Below, piece after piece: positions 28,552-37,534 of a stretch of DNA of 64,000 nt; position 1 is the first letter of the stretch, and every line of letters begins with the position of its first letter. The DNA lies in IMG/VR virus record IMGVR_UViG_3300031760_000005, positions 32,001 through 96,000 of that record, one strand, 5' to 3'. Source of the stretch: a virus. Taxonomy: Duplodnaviria; Caudoviricetes. Position numbers and translations under genes: made by a program. The notes under the pieces are model-generated. The model had not been told where the DNA came from and made no database searches. It saw only the letters and a program-made list of their open reading frames with translations.

Positions 28552-28986
28552 TTAAACAATATCTACTGTGATGATTTTAGGATTCTTCACTACCATAATT
28601 GGATTACCATTTTCATCTAATTTTGGTATTTTATTTCCATTTTCATCAATTTCACATTCTTCTTCAAATTCACCCAACATTCTAGGTGCAAAATTTAATT
28701 CACGTCCAGCATCCAACAATTGTTTAACAACATTACCAGATGGTGTTTCAAGTAATTCTACATTTGCGCAAACTTGATTATCATTTATATAAATGTTGTT
28801 TACTTTATGCGTAATTTTTCCAGTATGAATTATCATTGGATCTGTCCCGTAATCAGGAGCAAGCTCACCGAATTGTTTGCCATTTTCTTTCCATTCTTTA
28901 ATAGCATTTTCTATACATTCTTTAGTAAAAACTACGCCATTCTTATCTGGATGGTCAAGGTTAAATATTTTAAAATCGATTTCCAT
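28552..28986 (-). CDS. T4 gp21-like prohead protease homologue, catalytic motifs degenerate
   Basis: KNGVVF, FGELAP, ITHKV, LLETPSG..VKQLLDAG, FAPRMLG, TVDIV. Confidence 0.7.
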   Translation of the reverse strand: MEIDFKIFNLDHPDKNGVVFTKECIENAIKEWKENGKQFGELAPDYGTDPMIIHTGKITHKVNNIYINDNQVCANVELLETPSGNVVKQLLDAGRELNFAPRMLGEFEEECEIDENGNKIPKLDENGNPIMVVKNPKIITVDIV

Positions 28987-28989
28987 AAT

Positions 28990-29193
28990 TTAATCATTAT
29001 ATTTTTCATTATGATAAAAATCATAATATATTGCGCATTCTTTTAATCCTAAATTAGTATGGATCTTTATATATTTAAGTGCTGCAGGTTTTGATAATGA
29101 TTTCATTTCATTAAACTGCTCTTCAGTTAATAAATCTTTTTTATACCCATCACGAATTAATGCATCTATATCTTCCATATTTATTTTCCCCAT
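28990..29193 (-). CDS. hypothetical protein (weak L7/L12 C-terminal-like motif)
   Basis: KPAALKYIK..TNLGLKEC. Confidence 0.55.
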   Translation of the reverse strand: MGKINMEDIDALIRDGYKKDLLTEEQFNEMKSLSKPAALKYIKIHTNLGLKECAIYYDFYHNEKYND

Positions 29194-29570
29194 TTATTTA
29201 TTTTATCATTCATTAACAATTCGTAATATTCACCAAAAGATAAATCCTTAATCTTATCTGGCTTCTTAATACTTACAGGTGATATATGCATATATTCAAT
29301 ACATTGACGTGGAGTAATTGTACCATTCTCTGCATCAATATGATGCTTAGCACATAGCGCAGCACCATTAGAAAGAATATATCCACCATTATTCCAAAGA
29401 TGTCTATCCAATATATGATGAGCATCTTCAGCGGCACAATTACACCCTGGAACGCAACACTTACCATTTGTCCTGGCAAACACTGCTTCCTTAAAATCAG
29501 ATCTCATCCGAATTTTTTCTTTTAAAATATTTTCTTCAATAGACATATTTTTATTTATTATATAAATCAC
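29181..29570 (-). CDS. HNH endonuclease family protein
   Basis: CCVPGC...DAHHI...NG..LC..HH. Confidence 0.8.
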   Translation of the reverse strand: MIYIINKNMSIEENILKEKIRMRSDFKEAVFARTNGKCCVPGCNCAAEDAHHILDRHLWNNGGYILSNGAALCAKHHIDAENGTITPRQCIEYMHISPVSIKKPDKIKDLSFGEYYELLMNDKINKWGK

Positions 29571-29886
29571 TTACCTCTCTCCACTCAGGTCTACGAAAAT
29601 CGGGAGTTACATCTCGCCAGCATGTCATATCAGGCTTAGCATAGCAAATTTCAAAAATTACATTCTTTTTGCCAATAATAGGATAATTATATCCAACTCT
29701 AATTGCGACCTGAGTTTTAGGATGCCTATAAAAAAGATAGTTACTAAACATAAAAGGTTCATCTTCAGGAGAAAATCCACCATCTCTAATAAAAGAATAA
29801 CCCTTATTAGTCAAACTCTCTTTAACCTTGTCAAGATTAAGTGAACTAAACTTTCTACGAATTTTTGCAGGATAAATAACAGGCAT
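29551..29886 (-). CDS. hypothetical early protein
   Basis: First ORF below a promoter. Confidence 0.7.
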   Translation of the reverse strand: MPVIYPAKIRRKFSSLNLDKVKESLTNKGYSFIRDGGFSPEDEPFMFSNYLFYRHPKTQVAIRVGYNYPIIGKKNVIFEICYAKPDMTCWRDVTPDFRRPEWREVSDLYNK

Positions 29887-29914
29887 AATATTTAATTTTT
29901 TAATTACAATTATA

Positions 29915-29943
29915 AATATAGTAAACTTTAGTATTTATTTCAA
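29915..29943 (-). promoter_or_regulatory. early-type promoter
   Basis: TTGAAA-N17-TATATT. Confidence 0.65.
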
Positions 29944-29976
29944 ATAATATTTAATTTTTTTATAACATCATAAAAA

Positions 29977-30002
29977 AAGAGGAATAATTTCTTATTCCTC
30001 TT
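29977..30002 (-). terminator. intrinsic terminator
   Basis: aagaggaataa/ttattcctctt with minus-strand T run. Confidence 0.75.
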
Positions 30003-30023
30003 CGTAAATAATATTTATATATT

Positions 30024-30659
30024 TTATTTAAATATCTGATCTATAGTTTGACCTTTTACAAAATATTCAGAAGTTAAATCTTTTCCTTCCCATTTTACAG
30101 GATAACCTTCGTATTTTCCTCTCATAACTGGATTAAGAAGATCTTCATTTTCTTTCACTGCTTTTACAACAGCTTTGTGTGATACGAATTTAACTTTCTT
30201 TTTATTTTTACAAACGCAAATATAATAACCGTTTTCATTAAAGTTTGCTAATGAACCAAGTGAAATAGCCCCAATATAATCTTTAGAAATTTTAATGTCT
30301 ATAAAACAAATAGGTTTATTATCTTCATCAACAATGATTATATCACCGTTTTTAGTATCAAATGTACTCTTTTCTTTATCTGATAAGTTTTCCCATTTTT
30401 TGTTTTCACTTGTTAATTCGTAATATTGTTGAGTACTAATAGCTTTATATTCATTATTGTTCTTAGTAAAACTATCTATAAACAATTGTTCATTTATTTT
30501 AGATATATCAAATCTATTAGGATCTTGATCATTAGTATCTTTTAATTTACCAAAATCTAAATCTTTTGTAAGTGCATTAAGAATATTATTAATATTTGCT
30601 GGTATTTCTGCATCATATGATAATGATGACTCGTAAATATAATTTATAAGTTTTTTCAT
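30024..30659 (-). CDS. putative packaged protein with PD-(D/E)xK-like motif
   Basis: N-terminus MKKLINYIYE-S; NEQLF...GDIII...FIDIK. Confidence 0.55.
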   Translation of the reverse strand: MKKLINYIYESSLSYDAEIPANINNILNALTKDLDFGKLKDTNDQDPNRFDISKINEQLFIDSFTKNNNEYKAISTQQYYELTSENKKWENLSDKEKSTFDTKNGDIIIVDEDNKPICFIDIKISKDYIGAISLGSLANFNENGYYICVCKNKKKVKFVSHKAVVKAVKENEDLLNPVMRGKYEGYPVKWEGKDLTSEYFVKGQTIDQIFK

Positions 30660-30704
30660 TTTATAATAAGCTATATTTTATTTAATAAAAATAATAAAAT
30701 AATA

Positions 30705-30805
30705 ATAAAATGGTGAAGGCGTTCATTTTCTTTCTTATGTGTTGCTAAGCAAGTTGACCACGAAAGTAATGTAGAGCCTTTACTTTTCTTCCTTCACCAT
30801 TTTAT
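30705..30805. ncRNA. candidate structured RNA downstream of rtcB
   Basis: 15-bp perfect closing stem ataaaatggtgaagg/ccttcaccattttat enclosing two hairpins. Confidence 0.45.
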
Positions 30806-30858
30806 CAATATTTAGTCATCCCAAGTATAATCATCTGGATTTGTGTGAATATATATAA

Positions 30859-30975
30859 TTAATCTTCAAAATAATTTCTATAGCAAAAAATACAAGGCAC
30901 AGGACTTTCTTCTAAGCCTTCATTATATATTGTATCTTGCCATTCTTTAAATATTTTACAAGGATTATTACACAT
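30859..30975 (-). CDS. 38-aa Cys-containing peptide (not in ORF track)
   Basis: MCNNPCKIFKEWQ...PCIFCYRNYFED; starts 2 nt after the rtcB stop. Confidence 0.55.
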   Translation of the reverse strand: MCNNPCKIFKEWQDTIYNEGLEESPVPCIFCYRNYFED

Positions 30976-30977
30976 AA

Positions 30978-32309
30978 TTAATCTCCTCCATCTGCCGCCT
31001 TAATATTAATTTTAGGTATCATCATGAATTTAATCTTACAAGTTTCCTGGATTAAATCTTTAATCTCATTGGTGTCCTTATAAGCCATAGGTGATTCGTC
31101 AATTGTTCCCTGACAAACTGTTGTAGAGTAAACATTCTTCATTGACTCTTCAAATTCCTTCATAGAAACTTTTTCCTTAGCCTTTGAGCGTGACATCTTA
31201 CGACCTGCTCCATGGGCACATGAATTAAGCCACTCAGGATTTGAAAGACCTTCACAAATAGCTACACCATCTCTCATATTAAAAGGAACAAGCATTTCTT
31301 CACCTATATAAGCTCGGATTGCACCCTTACGAATAATAGGTATCTCTTCATCAAAATCAATATAGTTATGTGTAGATATAATTTCCTTAGTTACTTTACA
31401 ACCATACTTAGCAACTATATTATCAATTGTACGATGAAGAATAATATGATTGAATCGAGCATATGTTCTTGCAGTAAACATATCGCAGAAATATCCATTC
31501 ATCTTATCTCCGGTTAAGAAACCTTCAATATGTCCTTCAGTCTTTGAATCCAAATACTTCTTAAGAGCATCCTTAAAGCCTTCCATGTTTTTTCTTCCAT
31601 GTTCTTCAATATATGCTTTCTTAAACTCATTTGTATACTCCTTCATTTCAGCTTTTGAAAGAGCAGCACCCTTAGACTTGTTTTCCCAATACTTACAAAC
31701 CTTTACTCCAAAATTTCGAGAACCGCAATGAACAGTTATACCATAAAGATTGTTCTCTTCATTGACATCATATTCGCAATAATGATTACCTCCCCCAAAA
31801 CTATTAATTGAGTAATACCAAGTCTTAGGATCCATTCCAAGACGATTAAGCATATCCATTATCCATTTCTCAGTTACTGTGTCTGGGAGCGCAGAGAAAA
31901 TTTCTGGATGTCTTGACTTTGCTTTTCTAAACTCAGTTGACATAAACTTATAAAGCTCTTTATCTTCATACATCTTCTTAGGAGACAAATTGAATCCCCA
32001 ACCGCATTCCTTAAGAATCTTATGGTTTAATTCTGCATACTTATCTTCAGGGATTGGTCTATCATAAAGATGCATAGAGATTTCACAGCCTATGTCGACC
32101 CCCACAGTGCGAGGATCAATGTACTTTCCAAAAGTTGAACAAAAACCAATGACTGAACCCTTTCCACAATGAGAATCTGGTTGAATTACAATTTTACAGC
32201 CCTCATAAGCTTTACAATTAACAATACTATGAATTTGTTGAACAGCTTCTTGTTCAATATTATCATTAGTAACTAATGCTGATGTGTATTTACCTTTTAA
32301 TGTGTACAT
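30978..32309 (-). CDS. rtcB: RtcB family RNA ligase
   Basis: PDSH.G, VGVDIGC, GGGNH, HCGSRN, HNY, RKGA, HGAGR, DESPMAYK. Confidence 0.95.
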   Translation of the reverse strand: MYTLKGKYTSALVTNDNIEQEAVQQIHSIVNCKAYEGCKIVIQPDSHCGKGSVIGFCSTFGKYIDPRTVGVDIGCEISMHLYDRPIPEDKYAELNHKILKECGWGFNLSPKKMYEDKELYKFMSTEFRKAKSRHPEIFSALPDTVTEKWIMDMLNRLGMDPKTWYYSINSFGGGNHYCEYDVNEENNLYGITVHCGSRNFGVKVCKYWENKSKGAALSKAEMKEYTNEFKKAYIEEHGRKNMEGFKDALKKYLDSKTEGHIEGFLTGDKMNGYFCDMFTARTYARFNHIILHRTIDNIVAKYGCKVTKEIISTHNYIDFDEEIPIIRKGAIRAYIGEEMLVPFNMRDGVAICEGLSNPEWLNSCAHGAGRKMSRSKAKEKVSMKEFEESMKNVYSTTVCQGTIDESPMAYKDTNEIKDLIQETCKIKFMMIPKINIKAADGGD

Positions 32310-32598
32310 AATTTAAAATTTTATTTCTTTATCACAATTTGGACAAGTCTTTACAAATTCACAATTATCTAAATTACCTATGATTTTAGTCATATTTAAA
32401 GTTTTGATTTTGCAAATTCTATTAATGAATCTAATGCCTCTATATCTGGATCACGATATGGATCAGGATATTCAAGTATTCCATCCATATACTCTTCCAT
32501 TACTTTGATTGCTTCTTTTATATCCATTTTATTAATTATTTACTCATTATTAAAACTATTAAGTAATACCATAATATCTCCAAATGTCTTTTTCCATA

Positions 32599-32808
32599 TT
32601 AATTTGATTTACTACCAAATAATATTCTGACAATAATATTAACAAGGAATAGTATTCCAATTGATTGCCAAATTGTTAGTATTGGAGCAGATGTCCAAAA
32701 CATAGGAGTCAACCAATTCCAGAGTAACATAAATATCCATCCTTCAAATATTGCCATTAATGCAATAAATATAATAGCAATAACACATCCAAATAAAAAT
32801 TCTTTCAT
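32599..32808 (-). CDS. small membrane protein
   Basis: Hydrophobic; MLLWNWL.P motif. Confidence 0.7.
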   Translation of the reverse strand: MKEFLFGCVIAIIFIALMAIFEGWIFMLLWNWLTPMFWTSAPILTIWQSIGILFLVNIIVRILFGSKSN

Positions 32809-32820
32809 ATTACTTTTTTA

Positions 32821-33645
32821 TTAAATTTCTTTTAAAATTGACATTAACTTATATTTATCTGTGTCACCCCAATTCCAATGTTCAATTTCATGCTTAACTC
32901 GGCAAAGATATTTCTTTGTTTTGTCAAAGTTTACACAATGTTCATAGATATTAAGATCAAGAAAATCATCATCTTTATATCTAACATATCCAGGATTACA
33001 CAATACTTCACCTGATACTTCTACTTCTTCGCAATCAAGAAGGCTATCAGTACCTGTGATTACAAATACATCTTCCCATTTCTTATCACGAATCCATCTT
33101 TCAGTTTCTTCAAATTCATTATCTTTTATATTTTGATCCTTGAAATTGGCAAATGACTTATTGATACGTTCTATTACATCACAATGCATTTCTGCAAAAG
33201 TGAAACTTGGCTCATGATTAAAGCTATATTTACCATCGCAGTAATATGCCTCACCATAATGAAGAGGAAGAACATTTTCATTGGGTTTTACAAGAAGTTC
33301 ATTGAAATATTTTATTTCAATATTTGAGATAATATTGCGATAATGAAGAATGATTGCATCCTCAAAATCAATACCTTCATGATAATACCACTCATCTCTA
33401 CGCTTTATTTCATTTACTTCATTCCAAAAATATGATAAATCAAGTTGATGTTTATTTGGAAAATTCTCATCATTACGCATATCATCCATACGATGCATGC
33501 ACCAAGTAACAACATCATTCTTTGACCAAAGTGACCAACCATCTGCATTTATGCAATGGAGCATGTCCATCCACATATTCTTCATCAGCCCGGGACGCAT
33601 TTGATACCATCCCTTACAATACAATGCTACATTTCCAAATTTCAT
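32821..33645 (-). CDS. hypothetical protein
   Basis: 274-aa ORF. Confidence 0.75.
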   Translation of the reverse strand: MKFGNVALYCKGWYQMRPGLMKNMWMDMLHCINADGWSLWSKNDVVTWCMHRMDDMRNDENFPNKHQLDLSYFWNEVNEIKRRDEWYYHEGIDFEDAIILHYRNIISNIEIKYFNELLVKPNENVLPLHYGEAYYCDGKYSFNHEPSFTFAEMHCDVIERINKSFANFKDQNIKDNEFEETERWIRDKKWEDVFVITGTDSLLDCEEVEVSGEVLCNPGYVRYKDDDFLDLNIYEHCVNFDKTKKYLCRVKHEIEHWNWGDTDKYKLMSILKEI

Positions 33646-34004
33646 GACAAAATATATTCTGATTTAAATTTAACAATATCTGAATTACTTCTCCAAGCTT
33701 TGGTTGGTTTTGATGAGAAGATTAATGTATCTTCTTTATCCTGTTCATAATATTTCTTATTACAATACAAACGACCATCATCATATTCAACTAAAACTTC
33801 ACAATAAAAATGATCTTTATAATTCCAACGAGGATTTCGAAAATCTTTAATAAATCCCTTTCGATATGATGCATCAGTTTTAGGTACAAGAATCAAAACC
33901 ATATCTCCTACCTTAAGTGGATTACCAATTCTATCAAAATAGTCTTCCATAATTTTAATATCTATTTCTAATTTCTTCAGCAACGCTTTCAATAATACTA
34001 TCAA
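33642..34004 (-). CDS. hypothetical SH3/KOW-like protein (start probably MEDYFD)
   Basis: DRIGNPLKVGDMV. Confidence 0.6.
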   Translation of the reverse strand: MIVLLKALLKKLEIDIKIMEDYFDRIGNPLKVGDMVLILVPKTDASYRKGFIKDFRNPRWNYKDHFYCEVLVEYDDGRLYCNKKYYEQDKEDTLIFSSKPTKAWRSNSDIVKFKSEYILS

Positions 34005-34260
34005 TTGCTATCTGTGTCCAACTACCATATTTCCATCCAAAATCTGTACAAGCTAATTCTTCAACAATTTGTCGAATGCAATATTCAATCATTTCAAATG
34101 CATCACTACTATCTTCTTCTATATCCTCAACTTCATAATTATTATCTTTGAAATATTCTAGCATTTCATTTACGACAAATTCAAAATCAGTATCATCTAA
34201 ATACTCATTTTTTATATGTCCATTATGTCTTAAACTTCCGCAATAATATTCGTTTTTCAT
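33955..34260 (-). CDS. acidic hypothetical protein
   Basis: ORF 33955-34338; likely start MKNEYY after the upstream stop. Confidence 0.6.
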   Translation of the reverse strand: MKNEYYCGSLRHNGHIKNEYLDDTDFEFVVNEMLEYFKDNNYEVEDIEEDSSDAFEMIEYCIRQIVEELACTDFGWKYGSWTQIAIDSIIESVAEEIRNRY

Positions 34261-34264
34261 ATTT

Positions 34265-34447
34265 TTAAATATCCAAAATGTCAAACAAATAATCAGGTTC
34301 AAGATCAAGTTGATCCTGAATAACATAATCTGCTTCACAAGGATTCTTCAACTTTAAAAGCAAATCACGAGTTTCTTTTACTAAATCTTCAGCATCTTCA
34401 CGAGTCATATTATCTCGCTTCATTAAAATCTTAACGACTTTATTCAT
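34265..34447 (-). CDS. hypothetical protein
   Basis: 60-aa ORF in operon. Confidence 0.65.
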   Translation of the reverse strand: MNKVVKILMKRDNMTREDAEDLVKETRDLLLKLKNPCEADYVIQDQLDLEPDYLFDILDI

Positions 34448-34452
34448 ATGAT

Positions 34453-34662
34453 TTAATTATTTATTGCTTCAATCCAAATAGTTTTATTTTTATCACAAAT
34501 ATAAAGATCATCTTCTTTTAAAGGAATTTCAGAAAGAGTTACTTCTTGAATTTATCCGCACATGACATCATATACCAATTCTGAATTACAAACCATATAA
34601 TCACCGATATTTTTAGTATCTCTGATTTCAATTAATTTATTTATGAAATCATTAAGTGTCAT
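34453..34662 (-). pseudogene. 69-codon ORF interrupted by one in-frame TAA (34552-34554)
   Basis: MTLNDFINKLIEIRD...VMCG*IQEVTL...WIEAINN; fills the gap between two genes. Confidence 0.55.
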
Positions 34663-34700
34663 ATTATTTAATCATTTTAATCTGTATTATATTTATATTG

Positions 34701-35003
34701 TTAAAATTTTGTTTCAATCATTACAAAACCGAACTCATCCACGTTGGGGCAATTATCAAAAATACTACCTTTATAGGAACCAATCATTTTCATCATAGGC
34801 AATATAGAACCATTTATTTCGCAAAGAGTTGTAACTCGGTCATAAAATGTTACATTATCACTATTTATAGATTCCAGAATAATATCCTTAGGATCATCAA
34901 ATCCCATATAATATGTGTGATTTTCTGTACTATAATCTGTGAGATTACCAAAAGTTACAGATTCAACCTTTTTGTAATGATCAACAGGGATAAAATTCTT
35001 CAT
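34701..35003 (-). CDS. hypothetical early protein
   Basis: Below a promoter and the conserved leader. Confidence 0.7.
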   Translation of the reverse strand: MKNFIPVDHYKKVESVTFGNLTDYSTENHTYYMGFDDPKDIILESINSDNVTFYDRVTTLCEINGSILPMMKMIGSYKGSIFDNCPNVDEFGFVMIETKF

Positions 35004-35060
35004 ATTATTGTTTGTTTTGATTTACATATTTAATATAGAAACGTTATGGGAAAAATTCAA
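35004..35060 (-). promoter_or_regulatory. early promoter plus conserved leader
   Basis: TTGAAT-N17-TATATT then AAATATGTAAATCAAAACAAAC. Confidence 0.75.
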
Positions 35061-35082
35061 ACAATATATAAAAATTATGATA

Positions 35083-35112
35083 AAAAAGAAAGAGGTTGTA
35101 TAACCTCTTTCT
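35083..35112 (-). terminator. intrinsic terminator
   Basis: agaaagaggtt/aacctctttct with minus-strand T run. Confidence 0.75.
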
Positions 35113-35219
35113 ATATTCATGTTAAATTTAATTTTCACTTTTACATCATCATTTATAAACATAGAACATTATGCATATCTATAAAATGTTTATGATTATA
35201 TAAAATTAAATTGTATATA

Positions 35220-36482
35220 TTATTTATTTACTGCGTGAATTTCAGATATACTATTTATAATTAAATCAGGCGTTCCAATAAATTCATCTAATGTAGAACA
35301 ATTTGTATATGACATAGCAGAACGTAAATAACTAATCATATTATCTACCCAGCCTTTAAGAGTATATTTTACTGGTAAATATTTTGTAATTCCTTCTGCT
35401 GTTTTTGTTTTTTCGCCAGAAATTGATTTTTGTCCATCTGATGAAGCCATTCCAAAAAATTTAACGTAAATCTTTCCCAATATATCTTCACCATAATTTT
35501 TTTTAAAAATATTTATATTTTTATCTAAATTTTTATTATTTCCATTAAATATTTGTAAATACTTATTTTTTAAAGTTATTTCATTTAATATTCCTTTCCA
35601 TGATTCTCCATTACAACATACAAAATTTTCATATTCATCTATTTTAATTGGAGTTTTACCATCTTCTACAAATTTCTCTCCAGCGGATTCTATACATTGT
35701 GCAAATAAACTACCTATCATCACATAATCTGCACCAAGAGCAAGAGCTTTAATTACATGATCATAATTACGAATACCTCCATCGGCAACAATTTTAGGTA
35801 ATAAAGCTTTATTATATTTAGGTTCACCTAAGTTATCATGTAATGTTAATAGTGAACGTTTTACTTTATAACATTCATCAATAAGTGATGCTTGTGGATA
35901 ATGAATTGAGACATTTGACGTAGTGATACATCCAGAACCGCCCCCGACCCCAACTCTTATATAATCAATAATTGTATCTCCACATAGTCGGTTAAAATTA
36001 CATATCCATGCATAAGTTTCTGGATTTGCAATATTACCTGTCATTATAGTTAATTCATAATTATTTTCTATAGCCAATTTTTTGGCTTCATAACATTTAG
36101 AATACAATGACTCCATGTGACCATTGGCAATATCTACACAAATATAATAATGAACATCAGAGTTATTAATTCTATCTATATAATTATTTATAAATAAATC
36201 TTCAAATTCTTTTAATGATAATGCTACCCATTGTTTATCATTCATTATTTTTTTACGAACTTCTAAACTAATATTTCTTGGTAAAATAGGAATAATACCA
36301 TTACTATTAAAATTATCTAAATTCTTTTCATTAACAACACTTGCCATAGGTGCTGTAAAAATTGGTAATAGATTATTCTCATTAATAAATGGATTACACT
36401 CTGAACGAGAAGATATCTTAGAAATTACTGAAGGTATAATAGTGAGATCATTATATGAATAACCAGTTATGTTTTTTATCAT
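35220..36482 (-). CDS. IMP dehydrogenase / GMP reductase family enzyme (no CBS domains)
   Basis: APM, VDIANGH, GNIA, GVGGGSGCIT, ADGGI, GADYVMIG, FFGMAS, LRSAMSY. Confidence 0.92.
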   Translation of the reverse strand: MIKNITGYSYNDLTIIPSVISKISSRSECNPFINENNLLPIFTAPMASVVNEKNLDNFNSNGIIPILPRNISLEVRKKIMNDKQWVALSLKEFEDLFINNYIDRINNSDVHYYICVDIANGHMESLYSKCYEAKKLAIENNYELTIMTGNIANPETYAWICNFNRLCGDTIIDYIRVGVGGGSGCITTSNVSIHYPQASLIDECYKVKRSLLTLHDNLGEPKYNKALLPKIVADGGIRNYDHVIKALALGADYVMIGSLFAQCIESAGEKFVEDGKTPIKIDEYENFVCCNGESWKGILNEITLKNKYLQIFNGNNKNLDKNINIFKKNYGEDILGKIYVKFFGMASSDGQKSISGEKTKTAEGITKYLPVKYTLKGWVDNMISYLRSAMSYTNCSTLDEFIGTPDLIINSISEIHAVNK

Positions 36483-36544
36483 ATTAATATATTTATAAAT
36501 TTAACATAATAATATAGATAATATAAAGATAAAAATTTCAAAAA

Positions 36545-36570
36545 TGAGCACCTTTGTGAAAAGGTGCTCA
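36545..36570 (-). terminator. intrinsic terminator
   Basis: tgagcaccttt/aaaggtgctca. Confidence 0.75.
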
Positions 36571-36583
36571 ACCGCAATTTAAT

Positions 36584-36655
36584 TTCATTCTCGTTCACTT
36601 AAATTTAATACATATATAGTTTTATTAAATTCATATTTAAGTGAACGAGAATGAA
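36584..36655. repeat. long inverted repeat (21-bp perfect arms)
   Basis: ttcattctcgttcacttaaat ... atttaagtgaacgagaatgaa, with further inner pairing. Confidence 0.85.
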
Positions 36656-36682
36656 TGAGAATAAACGTATAATAGGTTTAAA

Positions 36683-37339
36683 TTAGTTTCCTGTTTCTAT
36701 TTGAACTTCACTTTTAATTTCTGGATCAATTTCCAAAAATTCAAAATCAAAATTAGAATATTTAAATTCTACTTTAAAAGTATCTGATTGTGCAACTGGT
36801 TGTGAATAATCAAAGTCAAGCATATCCATACTATTTACTAATGGAGAATCTAAAAGTATTCTAGAATATATAGAACCTTTTTCATTAAATATATCAATAA
36901 CAATTTTAGGTATTAATTCCTTATAATATCTATCACGAGTAAATTGATAAAAGAAATTTTCAAATAATAAAAAATAATTTAAATAACCTAATGTATGTCT
37001 AAATGTTATATTCAATGTTTTGTCTATAATGTTAATTGGAGAATCAGGGGCACGATATGAATAATCACTATGTGGATATTGAAATGCATTTTCTGCATAA
37101 CGATTAGTATTTAATAAAGGTTTAATACCTGAACTAGATTGTTGTTGTTGAAAAGTACCATTTTCAAATCCAAATACTTGCACAGTTTGAATTGTTTCAT
37201 TTAAAAAATCAATTGGTTTATGATAAAAACTATTTTTAGATTTTAAAATAGTTTCATATTTTTCTTCAATTTCTGGGCATATAAACTCTTTAGGTAACGT
37301 TATCTTAAACGCATCTCTTCTTCCTTTTAATGCGAACAT
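36683..37339 (-). CDS. tail-tube-like protein (T4 gp19/gp54 fold suspected)
   Basis: Position after the tape-measure-like gene; size; LNITF and FKVEFKYSNF beta pattern. Confidence 0.5.
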   Translation of the reverse strand: MFALKGRRDAFKITLPKEFICPEIEEKYETILKSKNSFYHKPIDFLNETIQTVQVFGFENGTFQQQQSSSGIKPLLNTNRYAENAFQYPHSDYSYRAPDSPINIIDKTLNITFRHTLGYLNYFLLFENFFYQFTRDRYYKELIPKIVIDIFNEKGSIYSRILLDSPLVNSMDMLDFDYSQPVAQSDTFKVEFKYSNFDFEFLEIDPEIKSEVQIETGN

Positions 37340-37357
37340 ATTTTACTCTATATATAT

Positions 37358-37534
37358 TTAAACAATAATGGTTTTAACTACTCTTATATCTTTAGTGGAA
37401 ATTTTAGTCATTTGTTGATTATAACGATTTTTCTTCCATACATGTTCATTTTCCATTATTTTTACTACTTCTTCTGGTGATAGTGGTTTACTATTGAGCA
37501 AACCACTATCTGAATATAAATTATAATAAGTCAT
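37358..37534 (-). CDS. 58-aa hypothetical protein (not in ORF track)
   Basis: MTYYNLYSDSGLLNSKPLS...; TAATG overlap with the giant gene's stop. Confidence 0.65.
   Translation of the reverse strand: MTYYNLYSDSGLLNSKPLSPEEVVKIMENEHVWKKNRYNQQMTKISTKDIRVVKTIIV

Noticed and set aside
30705-30805. tRNA or hammerhead ribozyme
   Set aside because: No T-arm or D-arm. The plus strand has CGAAA but CUUAUGU instead of the essential CUGAUGA core.
36511-36541. Early promoter for the IMPDH/GMPR gene
   Set aside because: Both boxes are present but the spacer is 19 nt, outside the 16-18 seen elsewhere; left uncalled.
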